Assembly: GCA_950097015.1 (NCBI GenBank) | Contig: CATNEN010000001.1 | Location: forward strand, 3,782,001-3,846,000 | Reading direction: 5' to 3' | Length of the DNA stretch: 64,000 nucleotides | From: Macrostomum hystrix | Lineage: Eukaryota; Animalia; Platyhelminthes | Part shown: positions 22,043 through 34,609 of the stretch, in pieces | Layout: every line of letters begins with the position of its first letter | Numbering within the stretch: position 1 is the stretch's first letter | Translations under genes and position numbers: made by a program | The notes under the pieces: model-generated | What the model was told of the DNA's origin: nothing | Seen by the model: the letters and a program-made list of their open reading frames with translations, nothing else | Databases searched by the model: none

Positions 22043-23568
22043 GGTAGTCAGGGGTAGTCAGGGGTAGTCAGGGGTAGTCAGGGGTAGTCAGGGGTAGTCA
22101 GGGGTAGTCAGGGGTAGTCAGGGGTAGTCAGGGGTAGTCAGGGGTAGTCAGGGGTAGTCAGGGGTAGTCAGGGGTAGTCAGGGGTAGTCAGGGGTAGTCA
22201 GGGGTAGTCAGGGGTAGTCAGGGGTAGTCAGGGGTAGTCAGGGGTAGTCAGGGGTAGTCAGGGGTAGTCAGGGATTGTCAGGGGTAGTGAGGAATTGTGA
22301 GGGGTAGTCAGGGGTAGTCAGGGGTAGTCAGGGGTAGTCAGGGGTAGTCAGGGGTAGTCAGGGGTAGTCAGGGGTAGTCAGGGGTAGTCAGGGATTGTCA
22401 GGGGTAGTGAGGAATTGTGAGGGGTAGTCAGGGGTAGTCAGGGGTAGTCAGGGGTAGTCAGGGGTAGTCAGGGGTAGTCAGGGGTAGTCAGGGGTAGTCA
22501 GGGGTAGTCAGGGGTAGTCAGGGGTAGTCAGGGGTAGTCAGGGGTAGTCAGGGGTAGTCAGGGGTAGTCAGGGATTGTCAGGGGTAGTGAGGAATTGTGA
22601 GGGGTAGTCAGGGGTAGTCAGGGGTAGTCAGGGGTAGTCAGGGGTAGTCAGGGGTAGTCAGGGGTAGTCAGGGGTAGTCAGGGGTAGTCAGGGATTGTCA
22701 GGGGTAGTGAGGAATTGTGAGGGGTAGTCAGGGGTAGTCAGGGGTAGTCAGGGGTAGTCAGGGGTAGTCAGGGGTAGTCAGGGGTAGTCAGGGTAGTCAG
22801 GGGTAGTCAGGGTAGTCAGGGTAGTCAGGGGTAGTCAGGGGTAGTCAGGGTAGTCAGGGGTAGTCAGGGGTAGTCAGGGGTAGTCAGGGTAGTCAGGGGT
22901 AGTCAGGGTAGTCAGGGTAGTCAGGGGTAGTCAGGGATTGTCAGGGGTAGTCAGGGGTAGTCAGGGGTAGTCAGGGGTAGTCAGGGGTAGTCAGGGGTAG
23001 TCAGGGATTGTCAGGGGTAGTGAGGAATTGTCAGGGGTAGTCAGGGTAGTCAGGGGTAGTCAGGGGTAGTCAGGGGTAGTCAGGGGTAGTCAGGGGTAGT
23101 CAGGGTAGTCAGGGGTAGTCAGGGTAGTCAGGGTAGTCAGGGGTAGTCAGGGATTGTCAGGGGTAGTCAGGGTAGTCAGGGGTAGTCAGGGTAGTCAGGG
23201 GTAGTCAGGGGTAGTCAGGGATTGTCAGGGGTAGTCAGGGTAGTCAGGGGTAGTCAGGGATTGTCAGGGGTAGTCAGGGTAGTCAGGGTAGTCAGGGGTA
23301 GTCAGGGTAGTCAGGGGTAGTCAGGGGTAGTCAAGGGTAGTCAGGGGTAGTCAGGGTAGTCAGGGTAGTCAGGGGTAGTCAGGGGTAGTCAGGGGTAGTC
23401 AGGGATTGTCAGGGGTAGTCAGGGGTAGTCAGGGGTAGTCAGGGGTAGTCAGGGGTAGTCAGGGTAGTCAGGGATTGTCAGGGGTAGTCAGGGTAGTCAG
23501 GGGTAGTCAGGGGTAGTCAGGGTAGTCAGGGGTAGTCAGGGGTAGTCAGGGGTAGTCAGGGGTAGTCA
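22043..23568. repeat. 10-bp G-rich satellite (ggggtagtca), ~150 copies
   Basis: Tandem array with a recurring variant cassette gggattgtca-ggggtagtga-ggaattgtga. Confidence 0.97.
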
Positions 23569-24062
23569 GTAATGATGGTAGGTAAAGCGGAGTGAGGAGC
23601 GGCAGAATGATTAAGTCGAATTCGGAGTCCTACCAGGAGTTGTCGAAAGATTGGGGAGGGGGAGGGGCGCCAGCGACGGGAAAGGGGGCTTGGGACTGGC
23701 CAATCAGATGCCGACCCAGCCATGCAAACAGGTTTGTGTCGGCCGTCTGATTGGGTGGCCAGCCAACCAGAGGACTCAAGCTCCAGCCGGCACAAGCCAG
23801 CTCTCAGAACCGGCAGCTCACAACACAAACTCGCCAGCGCCCTAGGAGGAAGGAGGAGAAGGGGAAGATGATGGGGAAGAGGAACAAATGACTGTGGAAG
23901 AGGATGGGGAGATGAGCAATGGGAAGCAAGCTCTAAGGGAAGAAGGCAGAGAAGAAGGGGAGATCCCGTGACAGAAAGGGAGTGGTCCTATTGGCTTTAG
24001 TCTAGCCAGTCCCATAGGCCATGAACAGAATTGTTGTGCCTAACCCAAGCAATGTTCAAACG

Positions 24063-24357
24063 CTGGCATGAAGCTAAGAAAAGGCAAAGCAGACTACTGC
24101 CGTGAGTAGCCCTGGCATGAAGCTAAGAAAAGGCAAAGCAGACTACTGCCGTGAGTAGCCCTGGCATGACGCTAAGAAAAGGCAAAGCAGACTACTGCCG
24201 TGAGTAGCCCTGGCATGACGCTAAGAAAAGGCAAAGCAGACTACTGCCGTGAGTAGCCCTGGCATGAAGCTAAGAAAAGGCAAAGCAGACTACTGCCGTG
24301 AGTAGCCCTGGCATGAAGCTAAGAAAAGGCAAAGCAGACTACTGCCGTGAGTAGCCC
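24063..24357. repeat. 49-bp tandem repeat x6
   Basis: ctggcatga(a/c)gctaagaaaaggcaaagcagactactgccgtgagtagcc with period 49 and no spacers. Confidence 0.95.
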
Positions 24358-25094
24358 AAGGTGCGAATGACTCCAAGCTTAGTAGCAGTGGACAAAACAG
24401 AGAAATACGGAAAGACTATAGGCAAAGGGAAGAGCCTGAAGTAAAAGTTATTTTGGAAACATGGGTACCCGGAGCTCACAGCTCCCAGTTTATCACGCAC
24501 TCCCTGGCAAGCTGAACAAATGGTCAATGCTGCAACTTTCAGCCGTCAATGAATTGAGACACGCCTCACAAGGGATTCCTCAAATCACGTCACACGGGTC
24601 TTGGAAAGGTGCTTCTAAGGCTACCAGGAGACCTAAACTATCGCTAAAATATTTTAGATTGAGCGCACCCAGGGAGGAGACCAACTGCAGTTTAGAAGGC
24701 CAAAGTGTCTGGGCAATGTGTCTGGCTATTTCTAACTGGAGTCTGACTAAGGCTCTGAGGGTTAAGCCAGACATTTGTCTATGGAAAGGTCGTTTCGAAG
24801 AAATGTCCAAATAAATCGAGACAGCTCGAATTACAGTGAAGAATCGGGACATGAAGAGACCATTGCTCCGATCTGTCCGGTTGAGTTCTAAAAAATCACG
24901 GTTTGAATGGGAAGAATATCTAAACGAGTGCTACAGTGAACCTGTCGCGTCTCAAATGAACCTTTTAATTAGAACTTAGTCAACAAACCGACTTGCAACT
25001 CTATTTCCATAGCAACTATTCCCTGTTCTACCAAGTAATACTAGCCTTTCCTCATTCCCATAGACAATCTGTACCCTGCTTGACCAAATGCCGC

Positions 25095-25310
25095 CCACGG
25101 TCGAAAGTTCGATTCACGACCCACAGAAACATTTTTACCTTTAGCAAGGCACCTAACTCTTCAGTACACCAGTTGTTAAATGTGTACCAGAATTTGCTTG
25201 GGTAATTAGGGGCAGGGTGTGGCTTTCCCCCAGTCCATGGACTGAACAGCCGTACGCAGCCTTCAGTTGCTGCGCTGCGCTGGGTTGTCAGCTGCACATC
25301 TGGCCTGATT
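25095..25310 (+). mobile_element. SINE family A copy
   Basis: gttcgattc box B, core sequence and cagtccatggactgaacagccgtacgcagccttcag. Confidence 0.75.
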
Positions 25311-25550
25311 ATGGCAGGTGTAATTAATGAAAAATTTGAGAAAGCTTAAAAAACCAATTCGCGCCTTTCAGAATTACAGCAACCATCTTGATTCCGCGAC
25401 TGAAGTAGATGGCCAGCAAATCGAATGACCCGGCTCCACCTGATGAGTATGGCATTGAACATGCTGCAGCGAATGATGACTTGGACATGGTGAAGTTTCT
25501 GGTGCCGACAGTCGCTAACCAAAAAGTGAGAGATCAGTGCTGCAACAAAA

Positions 25551-25678
25551 TTAAGGGCGTAAATTGCACGACAAGCCCTCAAGCCTTCCCTTCGCTGCAA
25601 ATCCCGAAATGAATGCGGCCTCGCCACGGAATCGAGCTCAGGGACCTTGGTGCGAGAGGCAAACGCGTTAACTGCTCT
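25551..25678 (-). mobile_element. SINE family B, 5' portion
   Basis: Matches 49201-49330 (aagggcgtaaattgcacgacaagccc...ggaatcgagctcaggga). Confidence 0.8.
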
Positions 25679-25905
25679 CGTTGTTAAGAAGATTGAATTA
25701 TAAATGGAAATTCGCTTTTCAGAAAGTGCAAACCAATCTCGAAGTTTTTCATTTTCATTGTTAAAGTTGTCTATGGTTATAGTTTTTAACCTATAAATTC
25801 AATATTGTGAAGTTCCTGAGATTATACCTTAGATGATGAAATAATTGCATAGTAAGCTTTTTATCAAGTTGGAAAAGTACAAACACTTCATCGTCAGCGT
25901 CGGCC

Positions 25906-28900
25906 ATGTCACAGACATCGCGATCATCGGCTATGACAGCTTCAACGTCGACAGCGTCAGATCTGTCAAATGGTGACGATAAATTGAAGAAAAACAAAAA
26001 GCCAGGCTTTTTCAGACAGCGTCACAAAGTGCTCTCCCTCCAGGCTGTCGAATTTCTCCTTCCTCTGCTCAGAGCTTATCCGTTAAAGTCCAAGTCGTTG
26101 GTGTTCAGAACCAACTATGACCATCTGCTGGCCAAGTCCTACGTTTGGGTGCCAAAGTCGCCCGGTAATTTTCACGAGATGCTTGGAGTGTAAGTGCTGG
26201 CATGAGCTGCATCCGTCTCATCTCACCCGTGTCTCATCTCACCCGTGTCTCAACTCTCCCGTGTCTCATCTCTCCCGTGTCTCATCTCTCCCGTGTCTCA
26301 TCTCTCCCGTGTCTCATCTCTCCCGTGTCTCAACTCTCCCGTGTCTCATCTCTCCCGTGTCTCATCTCACCCGTGTCTCATCTCTCCCGTGTCTCATCTC
26401 TCCCGTGTCTCATCTCTCCCGTGTCTCATCTCTCCCGTGTCTCATCTCTCCCGTGTCTCATCTCTCCCGTGTCTCATCTCTCCCGTGTCTCATCTCTTCC
26501 GTGTCTCATCTCTCCCGTGTCTCATCTCTCCCGTGTCTTATCTGTTTTTCATCTCGACCTGTCTTACCCATTTGTTTTTCAATAATTTTGCAAATAGTTT
26601 AGCATTTACTACAATTTAAAGTTCTAATAGAAGCAGTAAACCATTTTTTGCCCTTCCATCAGAATCAGCCGGACTGTTGCCTTTTTGGGTTTTGAGGAGG
26701 CTTCGATTGCTACTAAGAAGCAGACTGTGTACAGTTCCATCAGCCAACAAGCTGCAGAGCTAGCTGAGAATGGACTCGACCTGGAAGACTCAAGGCTGTC
26801 CCTTCTGTGGATCAGGCCGCCTGAGTACTCCTGGAATAAGCTGCGTGAGTAATGTTTTGATTTTTATATATTGCGAATTGTGAATTCACTGGATTGTAAA
26901 CACTGTGAACTGTGAATTCCTTGTATCATACATTTTGTGAATTGTGAATTCAGTTTATTGTTCATTCTAAAAATGGGATTCTTTGTGTCTGAGTCGTGAT
27001 TTATGTGAATTTTAAGTAAAGAAGTTTGAATTCTGCATTAAAAATCCATATTTATTTGCGAACACTCAGGCAACTACATTGTTTATCGTCAGTTGGACGT
27101 GCTGCACAGGAACATCGTGAACAAATGGTTGCTGATTAAAAGTCTACGAGAAAATGACCAGAGAATCCATTTTAAGACAAAGGACGACTCAAATTTCGAT
27201 TCCAAATATTTCCTACCGGAAACTTTCAATATGGGTATTGAAATGGACGATTTGATCAATCAGATAGGTTTGTAACCTGAATTGATCGCGAAAATTTTGA
27301 AAAAAAACTAAATTAGAAACTCTAAAAAAAGAATTCTAAAAGTACATTTTCTGCTGATTTGCATTCAATGTCCCTTTTAAATTTTCAGCGAATTCAAAGG
27401 GCACCTACATTGTCAAGAAAGTCAGGTAGGAACAACTGTTATAGGTTTGAACACGACATAAATTCTCAAACCTGTTCTTCAATCAGTCAGAATCCTCTGA
27501 AACCTGTTCTTCAATCAGTCAGAATCCTCTGAAACCTGTTCTTCAATCAGTCAGAATCGTCTGAAACCTGTTCTTCAATCAGTCAGAATCGTCTGAAATC
27601 TGTTCTTCAATCAGTCAGAATCGTCTGAAATCTGTTCTTCAATCAGTCAGAATCGTCTGATATCTGTTCTTTAATCAGTCAAAATCGTCTGAAATCTGTT
27701 CTTCAATCAGTCAGAATCGTCTGAAACCTGCTCTTCAATCAGTCAGAATCGTCTGAAATCTGTTCTTCAATCAGTCAGAATCGTCTGAAACCTGCTCTTC
27801 AATCAGTCAGAATCGTCTGAAATCTGTTCTTCAATCAGTCAGAATCGTCTGAAACCTGTTCTTCAATCAGTCAGAATCGTCTGAAACCTGCTCTTCAATC
27901 AGTCAGAATCGTCAGAAACCTGTTCTTCAATCAGTCAGAATCGTCTGAAACCTGTTCTTCAATCAGTCAGAATCCTCTGAAACCTGTACTTCAATCAGTC
28001 AGAATCGTCTGAAATCTGTTCTTCAATCAGTCAAAATCGTCTGAAACCTGTTCTTTAATCAGTCAAAATCGTCTGAAACCTGTTCTTTAATCAGTCAAAA
28101 TCGTCTGAAACCTGTTCTTCAATCAGTCAGAATCGTCTGAAACCTGTTCTCCAATCAGTCAGAATCGTCTGAAACCTGTTCTTCAATCAGTCAGAATCGT
28201 CTGAAACCTGCTCTTCAATCAGTCAGAATCGTCTGAAACCTGCTCTTCAATCAGTCAGAATCGTCTGAAACCTGCTCTTCAATCAGTCAGAATCGTCTGA
28301 AACCTGCTCTTCAATCAGTCAGAATCGTCTGAAACCTGCTCTCCAATCAGTCAGAATCGTCTGAAACCTGTTCTTCAATCAGTCAGAATCGTCTGAAACC
28401 TGCTCTCCAATCAGTCAGAATCGTCTGAAACCTGCTCTTCAATCAGTCAGAATCGTCTGAAACCTGTTCTTCAATCAGTCAGAATCGTCTGAAACCTGCT
28501 CTCCAATCAGTCAGAATCGTCTGAAACCTGTTCTCCAATCCGTCAGAATCGTCTGAAACCTGCTCTTCAATCAGTCAGAATCGTCTGAAACCTGTTCTTC
28601 AATCAGTCAGAATCGTCTGAAACCTGTTCCTAAACCAGTCAGAATCTTCCGAAACCTGCTCTTCAATCAGTCAGAATCGTCTGAAACCTGTTCTTCAATC
28701 AGTCAGAATCGTCTGAAACCTGTTCTTCAATCAGTCAGAATCGTCTCAAACCTGTTCTTTAATCAGTCAAAGTCGTCTGAAACCTGTTCTTCAATCAGTC
28801 AAAATCGTCTGAAACCTGTTCTTCAATCAGTCAGAATTGTCAGAAACCTGTTCTTCAATCAGTCAGAATCGTCTAAAACCTGTTCTTCAATCAGTCAGAA

Positions 28901-31900
28901 TTGTCAGAAACCTGTTCTTCAATCAGTCAGAATTGTCTCAAACCTGTTCTTCAATCAGTCAGAATCGTCTGAAACCTGTTCTTTAATCAGTCAAAATCGT
29001 CTGAAACCTGTTCTTCAATCAGTCAGAATTGTCAGAAACCTGTTCTTCAATCAGTCAGAATCGTCTAAAACCTGTTCTTCAATCAGTCAGAATTGTCAGA
29101 AACCTGTTCTTCAATCAGTCAGAATTGTCTCAAACCTGTTCTTCAATCAGTCAGAATCGTCTGAAACCTGTTCTTCAATCAGTCAGAATCGTCTGAAACC
29201 TGTTCTTCAATCAGTCAGAATCGTCTGAAACCTGTTTTTCAATCAGTCAGAATCGTCTGAAACCTGTTCTTCAATCAGCCAGAATCGTCTGAAACCTGCT
29301 CTCCAATCAGTCAGAATCGTCTGAAACCTGTTCTTCAATCAGTCAGAATCGTCTGAAACCTGCTCTCCAATCAGTCAGAATCGTCTGAAACCTGTTCTTC
29401 AATCAGTCAGAATCGTCTGAAACCTGCTCTCCAATCAGTCAGAATCGTCTGAAACCTGTTCTTCAATCAGTCAGAATCGTCTCAAACCTGTTCTTCAATC
29501 AGTCAGAATTGTCAGAAACCTGTTCTTCAATCAGTCAGAATCGTCTGAAACCTGTTCTTCAATCAGTCAGAATCGTCTGAAACCTGTTCTTCAATCAGTC
29601 AGAATTGTCTGAAACCAGTTTTTCAGTTAGTCAGAATCGTCTGAAACCTGTTCTTCAATCAGTCAGAATCGTCTGAAACCTGTTCTTCAATCAGTCAGAA
29701 TCGTCTGAAACCTGTTCTTCAATCAGTCAGAATCGTCTGAAACCTGTTCTTCAATCAGCCAGAATCGTCTGAAACCTGTTCTTCAATCAGTCAGAATCGT
29801 CTCAAACCTGTTCTTCAATCAGTCAGAATCGTCTCAAACCTGTTCTTCAATCAGTCAGAATTGTCAGAAACCTGTTCTTCAATCAGTCAGAATCGTCTGA
29901 AACCTGTTCTTCAATCTGTCAGAATTGTCTGAAACCTGTTTTTCAGTTAGTCAGAATCGTCTGAAACCTGTTCTTCAATCAGTCAGAATCGTCTGAAACC
30001 TGTTCCTAAACCAGTCAGAATCGTCTCAAACCTGTTCTTCAATCAGTCAGAATCGTCTGAAACCTGTTCTTCAATCAGTCAGAATCGTCTGAAACCTGTT
30101 CTTCAATCAGTCAGAATCGTCTTAAACTTTTTCTTTACCTGCAAAATTCTCAGAGGCAGCAAGGGCCAGGACATTAAGCTGCTTCGCTTGAGAGGCGGGA
30201 GTAACAACTATAGAGACCTGTTGGAGCAGTTAAAGAACTCCGCTTTGCTAGACCAAAGACTCTCCAATATTATCGTACAAAAGTACATCGAAAAGCCGCT
30301 TCTAGTTGACAAGAGGAAGTTCGACTTTCGAGTCTACATGCTAATCATCAACGCTAGTAGGCCAGACAAATCTGAAGCCACGTTCAGGAAGGCGACCTAT
30401 GTTTACTGGCATCCGGGCTTCCTTCGTCTGTGCATCAGGGCCTACCAACCCGACTGCGGCGACCTGCTGTGCCATCTGACTAATCAGCATGTGCAAATGA
30501 CCAGCGTATTGTACGACGAATTTAAGGAGGCCACAATATGGAAGCCAGACGAGCTCAACAAATATTTCAATAATCGAGGCGGTCTACCAACCAAGGACTA
30601 CGTTAAAAAAGTGATCTATTCGAAAATTGGCGCCATTGTTGGCTATTTGGGTGCTGTGTTCCTTGATAGTCTGAATGATTATGCTATCAGAGCCAGCACT
30701 TTTAAGGTAATACAAGTGGATGAATATTGTTCGTTTCATCGGACTAGCAGAATGTTCTTTTAATCACAACAACCCCACTCCGTCAGTCAGCCACCTCACT
30801 CCGTCAGTCAGCCACCTCACTCCGTCAGTCAGCCACCTCACTCCGTCAGTCAGCCACCTCACTCCGTCAGTCAGCCACCTCACTCCGTCAGTCAGCCACC
30901 TCACTCCGTCAGTCAGCCACCCACTCCGTCAGTCAGCCACCTCACTCCGTCAGTCAGCAACCTCACTCCGTCAGTGAGCCACCCCACTCCGTCAGGCAAC
31001 AGCCGCCCTACGTCAGACAGCCACCTCACTCCGTCAGGCAACAGCCGCCCTACGTCAGACAGCCACCTCACTCCGTCAGGCAACAGCCGCCCTACGTCAG
31101 TCAGCCACCTCACTCCGTCAGTCAGCCACCTCACTCCGTCAGTCAGCCACCCACTCCGTCAGTCAGCCACCTCACTCCGTCAGTCAGCAACCTCACTCCG
31201 TCAGTGAGCCACCCCACTCCGTCAGGCAACAGCCGCCCTACGTCAGACAGCCACCTCACTCCGTCAGGCAACAGCCGCCCTACGTCAGACAGCCACCTCA
31301 CTCCGTCAGGCAACAGCCGCCCTACGTCAGTCAGCCACCTCACTCCGTCAGTCAGCCAACCACTCCGTCAGTCAGCCACCTCACTCCGTCTGTGAGCCAC
31401 CCCACTCCGTCAGGCAACAGCCGCCCTACGTCAGTCAGCCACCTCACTCCGTCAGTCAGCCACCTCACTCCGTCAGTGAGCCACCCCACTCCGTCAGACA
31501 GCCACCTCACTCCATCAGACAGCCACCTCACTCCATCAGACAGCCACCTCACTCCATCAGTCAGCCACCCACTCCGTCAGTCAGCCACCTCACTCCGTCA
31601 GTCAGCCACCTCACTCCGTCAGTCAGCCACCTCACTCCGTCAGTCAGCCACCTCACTCCATCAGTCAGCCACCTCACTCCGTCAGTCAGCCACCTCATTC
31701 CGTCAATCAGCCACCTCACTCCGTCAGTGAGCCACCCCACTCCGTCAGGCAACAGCCGCCCTACGTCAGACAGCCGTCTTCCCACTCCGTCAGACAGCCA
31801 CCTCACTCCATCAGACAACCACCCCACTCCGTCAGACAGCAACCCCACTCCGTCAAATATAACAATCCTAATCGAAACTACCTCGCTCTTAATTTTGACT

Positions 31901-32185
31901 GTACTTCGATTGAAGATCTTCGGCGTCGATTTTATCGTGGACGACCATTTGTCTGTTCAGCTGCTCGAAGTCAACGAGCTGCCCTCTTGGAGCCGGCAGA
32001 CCAAAGTTTTAAACTCTTTGAAACTCGATCTGTGGCGCGAAGCGGTTGCCATCGCCGTGGAAACTGTTGTCAAATTTCGTCAGCATCAGAGACTGGAGCC
32101 GCTAGTTAGCAGGTGCAATTTTCGATTGGCGCACTCTTCGGAGGACTCAAAATTTTTGTCCGACTCAATCGCCAGAAGCTTTTAA
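25906..32185 (+). CDS. TTLL10: Tubulin-tyrosine-ligase-like enzyme, most similar to polyglycylase TTLL10; 507 aa, 6 exons
   Basis: Exons 25906-26189, 26663-26844, 27070-27267, 27389-27425, 30154-30706 and 31916-32185 (1524 nt, phases consistent). Motifs FLPETF, YIVKK...GSKGQDI, IVQKYIEKPLLVDKRKFDFRVYMLI, HLTNQHVQ...LY..KE.TIW (TTLL10-like) and GVDFIVD...LLEVN. Confidence 0.85.
26213..26543. repeat. 16-bp satellite in TTLL intron 1
   Basis: gtgtctcatctctccc x~20. Confidence 0.95.
27468..30121. repeat. 32-bp satellite (aaacctgttcttcaatcagtcagaatcgtctg), ~83 copies, in TTLL intron 4
   Basis: Head-to-tail array; each unit has a small tcaga-atcg-tctga hairpin. Confidence 0.97.
30773..31856. repeat. 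21-bp satellite (ccacctcactccgtcagtcag) in TTLL intron 5
   Basis: Tandem array including a ~230-bp higher-order duplication. Confidence 0.95.
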
Positions 32186-32505
32186 CGAAAATCAGTTTAG
32201 GAGTAACCAATACAGCAACGCCGCTCTTTTCTTTCGTAAAAACTTAACAATGAGCCGCAGAGTCGCACTTTGCCGTCTAAAAGAAGAAGTCAAGACGGAA
32301 AGTTTTCATATTTTTATGTAATGTACAAAGTACTATTATTGATAAATGAATATTTATCGAAGTCGCTACATAGAAGCAAATAACAGTCAATTTACGGCTC
32401 GTATACTTACTTTTTGCAATTCAATTTTGCTTTCAATCGACATAGTGGGTCGTTTTTTAGACTGGACAAAATATTGACTTGGGAGCGAAGAGCAATCTGC
32501 CACTG

Positions 32506-33240
32506 ACTTCGATTCCAACTGCTAATCTTGCTTCGATTCCAACTGCTAATCTTGCTTCGATTCCAACTGCTAATCTTGCTTCGATTCCAACTGCTAATCT
32601 TGCTTCGATTCCAACTGCTAATCTTGCTTCGATTCCAACTGCTAATCTTGCTTCGATTCCAACTGCTAATCTTGCTTCGATTCCAACTGCTAATCTTGCT
32701 TCGATTCCAACTGCTAATCTTGCTTCGATTCCAACTGCTAATCTTGCTTCGATTCCAACTGCTAATCTTGCTTCGATTCCAACTGCTAATCTTGCTTCGA
32801 TTCCAACTGCTAATCTTGCTTCGATTCCAACTGCTAATCTTACTTCGATACCAACTGCTAATCTTGCTTCGATACCAACTGCTAATCTTGCTTCGATACC
32901 AACTGCTAATCTTGCTTCGATTCCAACTGCTAATCTTGCTTCGATACCAACTGCTAATCTTGCTTCGATACCAACTGCTAATCTTGCTTCGATTCCAACT
33001 GCTAATCTTGCTTCGATACCAACTGCTAATCTTGCTTCGATTCCAACTGCTAATCTTGCTTCGATACCAACTGCTAATCTTGCTTCGATACCAACTGCTA
33101 ATCTTGCTTCAATACCAACTGCTAATCTTGCTTCGATTCCAACTGCAAATCTTGCTTCGATTCCAGCTGCTAATTTTGCTACGATTTAAAATTCTAATCT
33201 TGCTTCGATTCTAAATGCTACTCTTGCTACGATTCCAGCT
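32506..33240. repeat. 24-bp satellite (cttcgattccaactgctaatcttg)
   Basis: About 30 copies. Confidence 0.95.
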
Positions 33241-33555
33241 GTAACTACATAAAACTAAACTTGTATTTTTCCGTCATTTTTGGCCTTTTGCGATATACAG
33301 CTGGTGTTTTTATTGGCTACAGGCTAAAAACACGAAGTTGTAATTCAGTGATGGGCAAAATCAAGATTCGCAAAATTAGGGATCCTGTGAAATTATGAGT
33401 TCTGAGACGAGTAAGTTAGGAGTAGAAAACAAGCACGAATTCATTAGCGTCCGCGCAGTCATATTTATTGTACTCTTACGATTCAATCGCTGACTCAGCA
33501 TTTGTTAGGAGATTAGGGGTGGGTGCTATATATAAACATATATATAGAGATCCAT

Positions 33556-34146
33556 AGCTGGAATCGCAGCAGGAGCCGTAACTAAAATCGCGACAGCATC
33601 GCAGCTGGAATCGCAGCAGCGCTAAATGCTGGAATCGCAGCGGTAATAAATGCTGGAATCGCAGCGGCACTAAAAGCTGGAATCGCATCAGCGCTAAATG
33701 CTGGAATCGCAGCGGTTATAAATTCCTGGAATCTCAGCGGCACCAAGTGCTGGAATCGCAGCAGCCCCAATTGCTAGAATCGCAGCAGCGCTAAATGCTG
33801 GAATCGCAGCAGCGCTAAATGCTGGAGTCGCAGTGGCACCAAATGCTGGAATCGCAGCGGCACCAAATGCTGGAGTCGCAGCGGCACCAAATGCTGGAAT
33901 CGCAGCGGCACCAAATGCTGGAGTCGCAGCGGCACCAAATGCTGGAATCGCAGCGGCACCAAATGCTGGAGTCGCAGCGGCACCAAATGCTGGAGTCGCA
34001 GCGGCACCAAATGCTGGAATCGCAGCGGCACCAAATGCTGGAGTCGCAGCGGCACCAAATGCTGGAATCGCAGCGGCACCAAATGCTGGAGTCGCAGCGG
34101 CACCAAATGCTGGAGTCGCAGCGGCACCAAATGCTGGAGTCGCAGC
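33556..34146. repeat. 24-bp satellite (gctggaatcgcagcggcaccaaat)
   Basis: About 24 copies; its core is the reverse complement of the cgattcca core in the preceding array. Confidence 0.95.
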
Positions 34147-34609
34147 AGGCCCAATGGCTATAATGGCAGCTATTTCTCTGTATATTTAATTTATTCCTGA
34201 GTGTTTTGTTTGTAGGTTGTTACGCTTTTAAACGCAAGTTAAAATACTCGTATTTTTTACAATTCTCGCATCGGACCGAAAGTAATCGTGACCGAAACTT
34301 TTTCCTCTATTATCGATCACGCTTTTGCATACTCGATGAGTGTTGCAAACACATGCTATGACATATCTATGCGAAATACGAGAAGGCGTGGACAAAATAT
34401 CCCAAAAATTGAGCAGGTGCAATCTAATAGTTTTGCTTAATAAAAATGTGGTGCCACCGGCAAGCTCTTGGTGCATCCGAAATCTGTGTCATCGATAGAA
34501 ATCTTTGCATTTTGTCATATTTTCTGAGCAGATTGTTTAAAGCAAGTTTTCTATAAGATCTACCGACGCTAGACTGTCTAGTAAGTTTCGCATTCCGAAT
34601 AAACTCGCC

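Noticed and set aside
23760-24900. Possible decayed LINE ORF1 tail and ORF2 linker
   Set aside because: Coding-like composition but many stops and no diagnostic motif I can name.
25409-25530. Ankyrin-like fragment HAAANDDLDMVKFLV
   Set aside because: A single short match between two SINEs, with no supportable gene model.
27468-30121. CRISPR-like 32-bp hairpin repeats (also the 49-bp repeat at 24063)
   Set aside because: Units are head-to-tail with no unique spacers, there are no cas genes, and the context is eukaryotic (the 32-bp array is intronic).
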